Source: Bacteroidales bacterium
GTDB taxonomy: Bacteria; Bacteroidota; Bacteroidia; Bacteroidales; UBA4181
Length of the DNA: 57,981 nt
Direction: 5' to 3'
Assembly: GCA_031551455.1 (NCBI GenBank)
Contig: JAVBNP010000037.1
Coordinates: 1-57,981, forward strand
Shown here: positions 30,181 to 38,981 of the stretch, in pieces
Layout of the letters: each line of letters starts with the position of its first letter
Numbering within the stretch: the stretch's first letter is position 1
Notes under the pieces: model-generated
The model's database searches: none
Told to the model about the DNA's origin: nothing
The model's input: the letters and a program-made list of their open reading frames with translations, nothing else
Position numbers and translations under genes: made by a program

Positions 30181-30381
30181 ATTACGCGTCGGAGACGCAA
30201 CTTACTTTAGCCCGACGGCAACGCCTCGGGGTAAAAGTTTGAATAACAAGGTGCGTCACACTGTAAGTGCAGCTTAAGTTGCCCCTTCGGGGCGCATGTT
30301 TACAATCCGACTTCGAACCCGAGGCGCCGCTTCGCTTGCCGTCGGGCTGAAGTAAGTTGCCTCTTCAAGGCGTTATGTAAT
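30181..30381. repeat. Compound imperfect palindrome of about 200 bp
   Basis: The 25-nt arm 30197-30221 pairs with 30336-30360 (one G:U). 30222-30230 pairs with 30318-30326. Small local hairpins lie at 30187-30199 and 30281-30293. Confidence 0.85.
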
Positions 30382-30487
30382 CTTTTATAAAGAAAATTTG
30401 CATTATCCGATAGTTGTATATGGGATATACGGATTAAAAATTTTGTGAAAATGTAACTCGATTCCCAAAAACTTCGTAAAACCGAAC

Positions 30488-31117
30488 ATGGAAATTAACA
30501 AAAATAAATTAGGAATGAAAATCACAAAAATTTTGACGGGAACGATTTTGGTGGCGGTTTTGTTTGCGGCATGCGAAAAGGATAAAGATAATGCTGAAAC
30601 AAATATAACATTAACTTGTAAAGGGCAAACGGTTGACGATTACCTGTTATGGGCAGGCTCATCGAGCGGAGGACAACAAGTAAATACCCAAAATATTTCG
30701 CTAAAAAAAGTTTTTCGGAGCGATTGGATCGAAGACCTTGATGAAATAACGGAAGAATACACCAATACATCGATCTCGTTCAACAACGACAACGTAACTT
30801 TTCAATGGATTGACAAGGTGCAAACCGGAAAATATTACTTCCGCAACGACTCGTTATACCTTAAAAGAGACGGGAGACGCGATTACATGGTCGGAGTGGG
30901 CAATCGTAACAAGATCGTCATCAGAGACGGATTTATTCATATCGCGTACGATTTGGGCGATGTAAAAGGAACAAGTACCCGAAGCGCCGGCGAATTTCAG
31001 CAACGGTTTACGTTGAATGACGGGTTGAAAATGATCGGTTTCGAATCGTTAAATCAAATGAATCCGGGCGACACCATCGCAATTTATAACGTAAGCTATA
31101 TTTTCGAGGTAAATTAG
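30488..31117 (+). CDS. Lipoprotein, unknown function
   Basis: The internal ATG at 30515 gives the lipobox signal MKITKILTGTILVAVLFAAC. TAG stop at 31115-31117. Confidence 0.55.
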   Translation: MEINKNKLGMKITKILTGTILVAVLFAACEKDKDNAETNITLTCKGQTVDDYLLWAGSSSGGQQVNTQNISLKKVFRSDWIEDLDEITEEYTNTSISFNNDNVTFQWIDKVQTGKYYFRNDSLYLKRDGRRDYMVGVGNRNKIVIRDGFIHIAYDLGDVKGTSTRSAGEFQQRFTLNDGLKMIGFESLNQMNPGDTIAIYNVSYIFEVN

Positions 31118-31123
31118 ATTCTC

Positions 31124-31999
31124 TTAAATATATCCCAAGTTTTTCAGCCAATTCTCGTCGTTGCGCCAATCTTTGCGTACTTTGATAAATGTTTCGAGAA
31201 ATATTTTCTTTTCGAAAAACCGTTCCATTTCTTTGCGGGCTTCGGTAGCCGTTTTTTTCAGAGCGGCGCCTTTTTTTCCGATCAATATCGCTTTTTGCGT
31301 GTCGCGTTCCACGAAAATCACCGTTTGAATCCGTATGATGTTTTCTTCTTCTTTGAACGATTCCACCACCACTTCCGTGCAATACGGCACTTCTTTGTCG
31401 TAATATTCGAAAATCTTTCCGCGCAATATTTCCGATACGAAAAACCGTTCGGGTTTATCGGTCATTTCGTCTTTCGGAAAATAAGGCGGGCTTTCGGGCA
31501 ACGCTTCCTTAACGGCACGAATGACGGTATCGGTGTTGAATTTCTCTTTGGCGGATGTCGGGATGATTGAAGCTCCGGGAAGCAGCGTTTTCCATAAATC
31601 GCTCAACTGATCGAGCTTTTCGGGTGTGGTCAAATCTATTTTATTGATGACCAGCAATACGGGGATATCCGTTTTCGATACCTTTTCGAGATATTCGGCG
31701 TGTTTGTCGGGCGTTTCCACCACATCGGTTACATACAAAATCACGTCGGCATCCGTAAAAGCGGTATTTACAAAGCCCATCATTCCTTCCTGCATTTTAT
31801 ATTTCGGGCGGATGATTCCCGGTGTATCCGAAAAAACAATTTGATAATCCTCGCCGCTGATGATACCCATGATGCGGTGACGTGTTGTTTGCGCTTTGGC
31901 CGTAACAACAGATAAATGTTCGCCCGTGAGCGCATTCATCAACGTGGATTTTCCGACATTGGGATTCCCGACGATATTTACAAAACCGGAACGATGCAT
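31124..31999 (-). CDS. era: GTPase Era
   Basis: G1 GNPNVGKST, G3 DTPG, G4 NKID and a C-terminal KH domain. 291 aa. Confidence 0.93.
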   Translation of the reverse strand: MHRSGFVNIVGNPNVGKSTLMNALTGEHLSVVTAKAQTTRHRIMGIISGEDYQIVFSDTPGIIRPKYKMQEGMMGFVNTAFTDADVILYVTDVVETPDKHAEYLEKVSKTDIPVLLVINKIDLTTPEKLDQLSDLWKTLLPGASIIPTSAKEKFNTDTVIRAVKEALPESPPYFPKDEMTDKPERFFVSEILRGKIFEYYDKEVPYCTEVVVESFKEEENIIRIQTVIFVERDTQKAILIGKKGAALKKTATEARKEMERFFEKKIFLETFIKVRKDWRNDENWLKNLGYI

Positions 32000-32104
32000 G
32001 CTTTACGATTTTTATGGTTTGCCGACGCGATATTAGCAGTTATTTATCGTTTATGCAAACCCGCTGTCGATTATTCGACGAGTGATGCGGAATCCGGTCG
32101 AATG

Positions 32105-32332
32105 TCAGAATCCGTCGTCGGTCGGCCAACCGACTCTTTCGTGCGATTTGTCGCAAAAAGGTTTGTTTTTGGAATTTCCGCAACGGCAAAAATTCGTATT
32201 TCCGTTGGTTTCGATCAAACAACCGTCGGTATCTCTCAATTCGTAATCTCCGTCGATTCTCATCGGACCTCGCGGAAAGATCGTAATGTGCGCCGGTTTC
32301 GGCGATGCGTCGTATGTTTGGTCATTTTTCAT
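32105..32332 (-). CDS. CDGSH-type iron-sulfur domain segment. Either a separate 75-aa ORF or the frameshifted C-terminal part of the upstream gene.
   Basis: CRCGNSKNKPFCDKSH motif. The ATG at 32332 overlaps the upstream stop by 11 nt (ATGAAAAATGA). Confidence 0.45.
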   Translation of the reverse strand: MKNDQTYDASPKPAHITIFPRGPMRIDGDYELRDTDGCLIETNGNTNFCRCGNSKNKPFCDKSHERVGWPTDDGF

Positions 32333-32774
32333 CCGAAAATCCGATTTTTTGATGTCTGCCGTCACAATAAGGTTGTCGGTTCGAATGTCCGCAACGGCAC
32401 AACGGAGTTGTTTGGTATGTCCGATATTCTTCTCCTTTGTCGTTCGATATCGTAAAGGAGCCCTTGCAAACCAAAGGTCCGTTTTTGACAACGCTGATGC
32501 AAAGAGATGCTTTTTGCGTGTTCTCGGATTTTTGATCGGTGGTTTTCTCGATATCTTTATTCCACTTATAGGTCAAGGCATCCGTCGGACATAAGTCCAC
32601 CACCTCGATGATTTTTTCCGTCGATGCGCCGTTCATGTTGACCCACGGTCGTTTACCCGGATTGAAAACCGAACGTAATTTCACGAAACAAGTGGTGGCA
32701 TGTATACACTCATCCGGCCGCCAATAAACGGTTATTTCTCCGTTGGTATACTCTCTGTCATTGCGATTGGCCAT
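32322..32774 (-). CDS. Divergent 4Fe-4S mono-cluster (ferredoxin-like) domain fused to a CDGSH iron-sulfur domain
   Basis: N-terminal ITVYWRPDECIHATTCF…LCPTDAL and C-terminal CRCGHSNRQPYCDGRH. Confidence 0.6.
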   Translation of the reverse strand: MANRNDREYTNGEITVYWRPDECIHATTCFVKLRSVFNPGKRPWVNMNGASTEKIIEVVDLCPTDALTYKWNKDIEKTTDQKSENTQKASLCISVVKNGPLVCKGSFTISNDKGEEYRTYQTTPLCRCGHSNRQPYCDGRHQKIGFSDEK

Positions 32775-32993
32775 CTTTCCAAGGTCTCCAAAATGAATAA
32801 TAAATCGGTTAATTAATAACCCCGACCATCCCCGGTTTGTTCATTTCGGAAGCAAATGTACGGAAAATATACCTTCCCGGAATATCTTCTCGTCGGATAT
32901 GCCAAAACTTCACCGGCATTCCCGTTGCGACGATCCGTACTTTTCAGACGACTTTTCGTTTCGATGATCCGATTATCTTCGGATATCTTGCGC

Positions 32994-33407
32994 TTAAGCG
33001 CTGGCCGCGTATTCTTTTATCTTTGCATGACCGCTTACTTTGTCGGAATCGGAAGAGAGAATTTTGCTCAATTCCAATCTTAACCCCAAGGATATTCTCG
33101 GACCTGCGCTTTGCATCAATTCTTCGGCCAAATGATACGCCTCGTCCTTTTGTCCTTGCGCCTCATATAATCTCAAGAGGAGAAAACGAGGATAGATGTT
33201 GTCCGGCAGCGCGGTGATGACCTTTTTAAAAGCTTTTTCGGCTTTGTCGTATTCTTTAACGGTTTGGTAGAGCAATCCCAGTTCAAGGTATGTCAAGGAT
33301 GTTCGTCCGTGTACCAATCCGTTTTCAAGCATCTTGATCTTTTTTTTCATTTTGTCAAACGCACCCATGACGATGTTTTTTAATTTATGATTTTGTTTTG
33401 ACAGCAC
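32994..33407 (-). CDS. Small TPR-repeat protein
   Basis: LELGLLYQTVKEYDKAEKAFKKVI…LLRLYEAQGQKDEAYHLAEEL, TPR-like helical pairs. Confidence 0.55.
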   Translation of the reverse strand: MLSKQNHKLKNIVMGAFDKMKKKIKMLENGLVHGRTSLTYLELGLLYQTVKEYDKAEKAFKKVITALPDNIYPRFLLLRLYEAQGQKDEAYHLAEELMQSAGPRISLGLRLELSKILSSDSDKVSGHAKIKEYAASA

Positions 33408-33430
33408 AAATATATGTAAAATATTTCATA

Positions 33431-33450
33431 AATACTATAAATATAGTATT
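33431..33450. promoter_or_regulatory. Perfect 9-bp inverted repeat AATACTATA-aa-TATAGTATT upstream of the TPR gene
   Basis: Located 24-43 nt upstream of the ATG at 33407, in an AT-rich promoter region. Confidence 0.3.
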
Positions 33451-33634
33451 AAATAATTGTTAAATTTTCTTTTTATTTTTCGATTGCAAATCACATTGTT
33501 ATCAATTGTCAGATCAATGTTGCATGCCGAGTCTGTTCTGTGATTTGCGGACTAAATTGAATTTGCGGAAATATTCGGATTTTTTGTCGAAACATGCTTC
33601 GACAAGGGAGCAAGGTCGATCTCGCCGTATACGG

Positions 33635-36016
33635 TTAAAAGAACGGATATCCGATACCGATGCTGAGACAGAAATCGTCGAGCGAAAGGCGTTTGCCTCC
33701 GTTATCGGGATTGGGCGTAAATGTCCATCTGCCGCTTCCGGCAGGGTCATGCAGTTTCATACCCAAATCTGCGCGAAGAATAAAATAGTTGAAATCAAAT
33801 CGTAAACCGAATCCGCCGCTTACCGCAATTTCTTTGTAAAAACGGTCGAAACTGAAATCGGCGCCTTTTCGGTCTTCGTCTTTGTGCGTGTCCCAAACAT
33901 TGCCGGCATCCATAAAAAGGGCGCCTTCGATGAGCCATACCAGTTTAAACCGATATTCGAGGTTAGCTTCCAGCTTTATATCGCCCTTGTTGTTCGTATA
34001 TTTGGTGATTGATGCATTATCTTTGTATGAACCGGGTCCCTAACTGCGCAAGCGCCATCCGCGGATGCTGTTGGCTCCTCCCACGTAATATTTCTTTTCG
34101 AACGGCATGGAAGCAACCGTTTTCTTAACGCCGTCTTCCGTTGTCGTGTTTATCGAATTGCCGTACGGCCATCCGACGCCGGCAAAGAAACGGCTCACCA
34201 ACTTGTTGTTACCATTGATGGTGTAATAATAACGGAACTCAACGTCGCCCTTCACGAATTGAGAAAACGCATTATTCAAAATTTCGTATTGCCCTCCCGC
34301 ATCGACGGATTTACCGGACATTTTGGAAAAAGCATCCAACAGAAGGCCTGCCGTTTCGAAATTGGTTCTGATAAAGAAAAAATTATCCTTGTTGGCTTGT
34401 CGCATGTCCCTAACAAAACCGTAGCTGCTCGAAACAACCATGTGCGACTGATAACTGTTTTTCAGATACGGATACATGTCCAACGTTTTTTCGAAGTCCG
34501 AATCGATATAAGGAAGCCGTACAAAATTCACGTCCAACGGCCGGATGGTATGACTGATCACCTCAGACCCCCTCCAGTTGTATCCGAACGAAGTGCTGAA
34601 TACCGTTCGGGTGTAGTCCGGGCGTCGTTGATAATTATACAGGACGGAAAATACGGTTTTGGGATTATATTTTCGAATAAAACGATCGGAACGAAACGGA
34701 AGCAGAAACTTGGGAACGTTGAGCGTTGCTTCGGCCTCGTACTCCATGGTTGTTTTAAATTGCAAAGCTTTATCGGTGGAAACGGCCTCGAGCATGCCCC
34801 GCAATTTCAAATCGAAAATTTCGGCATGTCCCAGTAAACTTTTGTTCTGATATTGAAGATTGACAGCTCCGCCCAAATTTCCGTCGGAGTTGGTTCCTTC
34901 CAGTTCAACCTTATAGCTTTGTCGCAGAAAAGGCAATAAATTAATGCGGCAATCCAAATCGCGCATTAACATCCCCGTTTGTCCCGGAGGTTCCGAAAAT
35001 TCAATGTTTACCTGCTTGAAATTGCGCAACCCGAGTAAGTGCTGGTATGTTTCCGTAATATCGGAAACACGATACAGCGAATCGGAAAAAATGTACAGAG
35101 AGTTGTTTATGGTAGAATGTTTTACGGGAAATTTTTTCGGAATAATGAAACTTACTTCACCGTACGTCAACGTGTCGGACGCGGTATCGGATGCATCTTT
35201 TCGATTTGACGAAGTTTCCATGCTCAAGCCGGCATTTACCGTAAGCTTTCGGATGTAATACAACGGATACGGCGCTTCGATTACCCGATTATCTTCCGTA
35301 CGTTCGGTATGAGATCGCACGATTAATTCGAGACTGACGGTCCTGTTTTTGTGAGCGGTATCGGCCTTGAAGGAAATATAATCATCCGCAAAACCGTAAT
35401 AACCTCTATTTTTGAGATTGGTTTCGATGCGTTTGCGTTCTTTTTCCAAAATGCCGACGTCGAACGGTATTCCTTCTTTCAGCAAGGTTTTTAAGGTATC
35501 GGCCAATATCAAAGGTGCAATCGTTGTGTCGGGAATGGTGTAGCGGACGCCTTTAACAGTGTAAGGCCAACCCGGTTTAATGAGGTATGTTACATCGGCT
35601 TTTTTCTTTTTCAGGACAACCGTATCGGTTACCCGAGCATAGTAATAACCTTTGTTTTCGAGAAAAAGATCCAACTGTTCCGCCGTTTTGTCGGTCATGC
35701 TTTGTTGCCATATTACGGGTTCTTCACCGTTTTTGCGCAACCATTTGTTCCATCCGTTGTCTTTGTCGAGTTTCGAGCGGTTGTACAACCACAAGTGAAA
35801 CTTCATCCCGATGATTTTCTTGTTCGGTTTCTGTCGGATATAAGGTTTCAGTTGCTCTTTCCCGATGTTTTTACCGTCGATTTCCACGTTAACCGAACGC
35901 AACAAATACTCTTCTTTGGGGACGTACTTTGTCGGATTGCAGGAAGTAAGATAAAAGACGAGCGGTAAGAGATAAACCGGAAAGTGGAAAGAGAAAAGCG
36001 AAAACCGACAACGCAT
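33635..36016 (-). pseudogene. Omp85/BamA-TamA-family outer-membrane protein gene interrupted by one in-frame TAG (34040-34042)
   Basis: ORFs 34040-36124 and 33635-33913 are in the same frame, and every codon between them is open. The read-through sequence is …GANSIRGWRLRS*GPGSYKD…EYRFKLVWLIEGALFMDAGNVW…GIGYPFF. The likely start at 36016 gives the lipoprotein-type signal MRCRFSLFSFHFPVYLLPLVFYLTSC. Confidence 0.7.
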
Positions 36017-36162
36017 CGACAATCCGGAACGAAACCGAATGCCGATCGACGTTCGCAATATATCCGCCCGACGCGTGTACTTTTTTACGCAATTGCCTGC
36101 CGTGCAACGTATATTTTCAAGCAACTCTCCCGTTTTTTATCTTTTGTCTCTTATCTTTTACC

Positions 36163-37683
36163 TCATTCCCATTCGATGGTCGCGGGCGGTTTGGAGCTGA
36201 TGTCATACACTACTCGGTTTACGCCCTTCACTTTATTGATGATTTCGTTGGAAACCTTGGCCATGAATTCGTACGGGAGATGTGCCCAATCGGCCGTCAT
36301 GGCGTCGGTCGACGTCACGGCACGCAAGGCAATCGTGTTTTCGTATGTCCGTTCGTCGCCCATAACGCCGACCGACCGTACGGGCAACAAAATGGCGGCT
36401 GCTTGCCACACTTTGTCGTATAAATCCCAATCGCGAAGCATTTGGATATAAATATCGTCGGCATCCTGTAAAATGCGTACTTTTTCGGGTGTAATATCGC
36501 CGAGAACACGAATGCCCAAACCGGGTCCGGGGAAGGGGTGACGACCGAGCAAATGCGGCATCATGCCCAATTCTCGACCGACGCGACGCACTTCGTCTTT
36601 GAACAGCAGGCGAAGCGGTTCGACCAATTTCAGATGCATTTTTTCGGGAAGACCGCCCACGTTGTGATGCGACTTAATGACCGTTCCCGTAATGGAAAGC
36701 GATTCGATGATATCGGGATATATGGTGCCTTGTCCCAACCATTTAACGTTTTCCAATTTGCCGGCTTCTTCTTCGAAAACATCGATAAAGCCTTTGCCGA
36801 TGATCTTTCGTTTCGTTTCGGGATCGGAAACTCCCGCCAAACGGTCGTAAAATTTTTGCTTGGCGTCGATGCCGATAACATTCAGTCCGAGATGTTCGTA
36901 ATCGCGCAACACGTTTTCAAATTCGTTTTTGCGTAATAATCCGTGATCGACAAAAATGCAAGTCAAGTTTTTTCCGACGGCTTTATTCAGCAACACGGCC
37001 GTTACCGACGAGTCAACCCCTCCCGAAAGCGCTAAAATCACTTTGTCGTTACCCAATTGTCGTTTCAGCATTTCCACGGTGCTTTCGATGAACGAAGCCG
37101 GTGTCCAATCCTTTTTCATGCCGCAGATATTGAGAAAATTATCCAGCAGCAAAAGTCCGTCTTCCGTATGAAATACTTCGGGATGAAATTGCACGCCCCA
37201 AGTCGGTTCGTCTTTCGCTTTGTACGCCGCAACCGGCACATCGTCCGTGGTTGCGATGACGTTGAACTCGGCAGGAACGGAGGTTATCGTATCGCCGTGC
37301 GACATCCAAACTTGAAATTTATCTTTGGCATCTTTGAACAATTGATCGGTTTTATCGCAAGGCGTGAGCATCGCTCTTCCGTATTCGCGCGAATCGCCTT
37401 TTTCCACTTTTCCTCCCGACAAAGCGGCCAAATATTGCGCACCGTAACAGATTCCCAAAACGGGATATTTGCCTTTGAAAGCCGATGTGTCGGGCTTAAA
37501 GGCTTCTTTATCGGTCACCGAAAAGGGACTTCCGGAAAGGATAACTCCTTTTACATCGGGGTCATTTTCGGGAAATTTATTGTACGGAACAATTTCGCAA
37601 TAAACGTTCAACTCCCGCAATCTGCGTCCGATAAGTTGCGTGGTTTGTGAACCGAAATCGAGAATGATGATTTTTTCGTGCAT
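36163..37683 (-). CDS. guaA: GMP synthase (glutamine-hydrolysing)
   Basis: [32 protein letters not shown] (GATase Cys), SGGVDSSV (PP-loop) and the C-terminal KPPATIEWE. Confidence 0.95.
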   Translation of the reverse strand: MHEKIIILDFGSQTTQLIGRRLRELNVYCEIVPYNKFPENDPDVKGVILSGSPFSVTDKEAFKPDTSAFKGKYPVLGICYGAQYLAALSGGKVEKGDSREYGRAMLTPCDKTDQLFKDAKDKFQVWMSHGDTITSVPAEFNVIATTDDVPVAAYKAKDEPTWGVQFHPEVFHTEDGLLLLDNFLNICGMKKDWTPASFIESTVEMLKRQLGNDKVILALSGGVDSSVTAVLLNKAVGKNLTCIFVDHGLLRKNEFENVLRDYEHLGLNVIGIDAKQKFYDRLAGVSDPETKRKIIGKGFIDVFEEEAGKLENVKWLGQGTIYPDIIESLSITGTVIKSHHNVGGLPEKMHLKLVEPLRLLFKDEVRRVGRELGMMPHLLGRHPFPGPGLGIRVLGDITPEKVRILQDADDIYIQMLRDWDLYDKVWQAAAILLPVRSVGVMGDERTYENTIALRAVTSTDAMTADWAHLPYEFMAKVSNEIINKVKGVNRVVYDISSKPPATIEWE

Positions 37684-37881
37684 AATGAGGTTTAAAGATA
37701 TGAGTTTTACCGATCGGAAAACGAAGACAAAATTAAGTGAAATTATCGTTTTCACCATTTGCTTCATCGAAAAAAACGGTATTTGTTTTATCGACAAAAA
37801 GTCGGCAACCAAACAATGGAATGCAAAAATTCCGAAACTTCGAAATATTCCGTGTTCTCCGAGCCTCCGGGATCGGATGAT

Positions 37882-38754
37882 TTACATTTTCTTTTCGGCC
37901 GCCCGATATAATTTTTCGGTTGCTTCGCGAGTGCTTCCGTTGAAAACGACTCCCGCTTTATTGCCTTTGATCCAAACCGCAAACCAAGTGCCGTCTTCCA
38001 ATCGAACGGCGGTATTTGTTTTTGCTTCGGGAGCGTATTTCTGTTTCATCTGTGTATACGCTTTTCGGGCGGCATTGTTGTCGGGATATTCGGCCAACAG
38101 AAGATAACTGCGATCTTCCGGAGCGCCGTATTTGGCCAAAACGGCGTCGACGTTTTTATCGATATCCAAAATGTTGTAATCGGCAATAAAATAGTAGGAA
38201 TTAAGCCAAATGTAATGATGAAAATAGACAAATCCCGCGGGCGCCAAATCTTTCTCGGGCAGTCGGTCGACAATGTCGGGAATTTTACCGATACCGGGAA
38301 TGGCTTTATCGATCAGCAAAGCCGATTGTCGAACGGCTTCCGTGCTTTCGGGCGTTACCTTCGACGTATTGATGATGACAAAATAACGGTCTTTCCAAAA
38401 CATCACGGCATCACGTTGACTTTGCGATCCTTGTCCGTATGTATGCTCTTCTTTATCGCGGGTTTGCGTATACACGCCGAAAGCATTTTTCGCTTCGGTC
38501 ATTTCGTACACTTCAACCGTTACCTCGGGCAGATTTTCGACCGTGTATACCCTGCCTTTCATGCCGACCAAGCCGTACGACAGATACATTTCCGCACCTC
38601 CGTTGATGTATTCAAACAGGTTTTCGTCCGTGTAATCGAGTTGTTCCGTTGCCCGATACGCTCCAAGTTGTTCCGGTAATTGTTCCGCCGGGTTTTGCGC
38701 CCGAATTCCGGTAAAAGGAATAGTCATGAGGAGTAAAAAATAAAGATGTCGCAT
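37882..38754 (-). CDS. Secreted hypothetical protein
   Basis: Signal peptide MRHLYFLLLMTIPFTGIRAQ. Contains the conserved-looking FEYINGGAEMYLSYG segment. I cannot name the family confidently. Confidence 0.5.
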   Translation of the reverse strand: MRHLYFLLLMTIPFTGIRAQNPAEQLPEQLGAYRATEQLDYTDENLFEYINGGAEMYLSYGLVGMKGRVYTVENLPEVTVEVYEMTEAKNAFGVYTQTRDKEEHTYGQGSQSQRDAVMFWKDRYFVIINTSKVTPESTEAVRQSALLIDKAIPGIGKIPDIVDRLPEKDLAPAGFVYFHHYIWLNSYYFIADYNILDIDKNVDAVLAKYGAPEDRSYLLLAEYPDNNAARKAYTQMKQKYAPEAKTNTAVRLEDGTWFAVWIKGNKAGVVFNGSTREATEKLYRAAEKKM

Positions 38755-38909
38755 AGTTTGAATGAATAACCCGGCAAATGTATCGATTTGATACTATGAT
38801 TGCAAGGAATTTGCCGGAATAGTTGCGTACGCTCGGCAAAAACTTTTTCATTTTTTTTGCGGAAAATATGTTGCATGTCAAAAATATGTATTTACTTTGC
38901 ATTTAAAAG

Positions 38910-38917
38910 TACTTTTG
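38910..38917 (+). promoter_or_regulatory. Candidate -7 box (TActTTTG) upstream of the VIT-domain gene
   Basis: Exact TAnnTTTG match, 65 nt upstream of the ATG at 38982. Confidence 0.3.
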
Positions 38918-38981
38918 TTTTAACAGTTATTTGAATGTTGCTAAATTTTGATTTACAGATTAATAATTAAAGCGTAATGCC

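Noticed and set aside
30181-30381. The 200-bp palindrome as a 6S RNA, a tRNA-like gene or another known RNA gene.
   Set aside because: A 25-bp near-perfect stem is unlike the bulged 6S rod. There is no tRNA cloverleaf or T-loop (GTTCGAATC) signature, and I cannot match any family by eye. It is kept only as an unexplained structured repeat.
32793-32844. Possible degenerate fifth copy of the 99-bp element (atgaataataaatcggttaattaataaccccgaccatccccgg…ttcat) upstream of the ferredoxin/CDGSH gene.
   Set aside because: The similarity is limited to short blocks (ATAATAA, GGTT.AAT, CCCCGACC). The second hairpin and the A8 tract are absent. I cannot separate this from chance without an alignment statistic.
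34040-34042. Possibility that TAG is reassigned as a sense codon genome-wide.
   Set aside because: TAG terminates ORFs at sensible positions at 31115-31117 and 41493-41495. All other genes end in TAA or TGA at the expected family lengths. A local mutation or sequencing error is more parsimonious.
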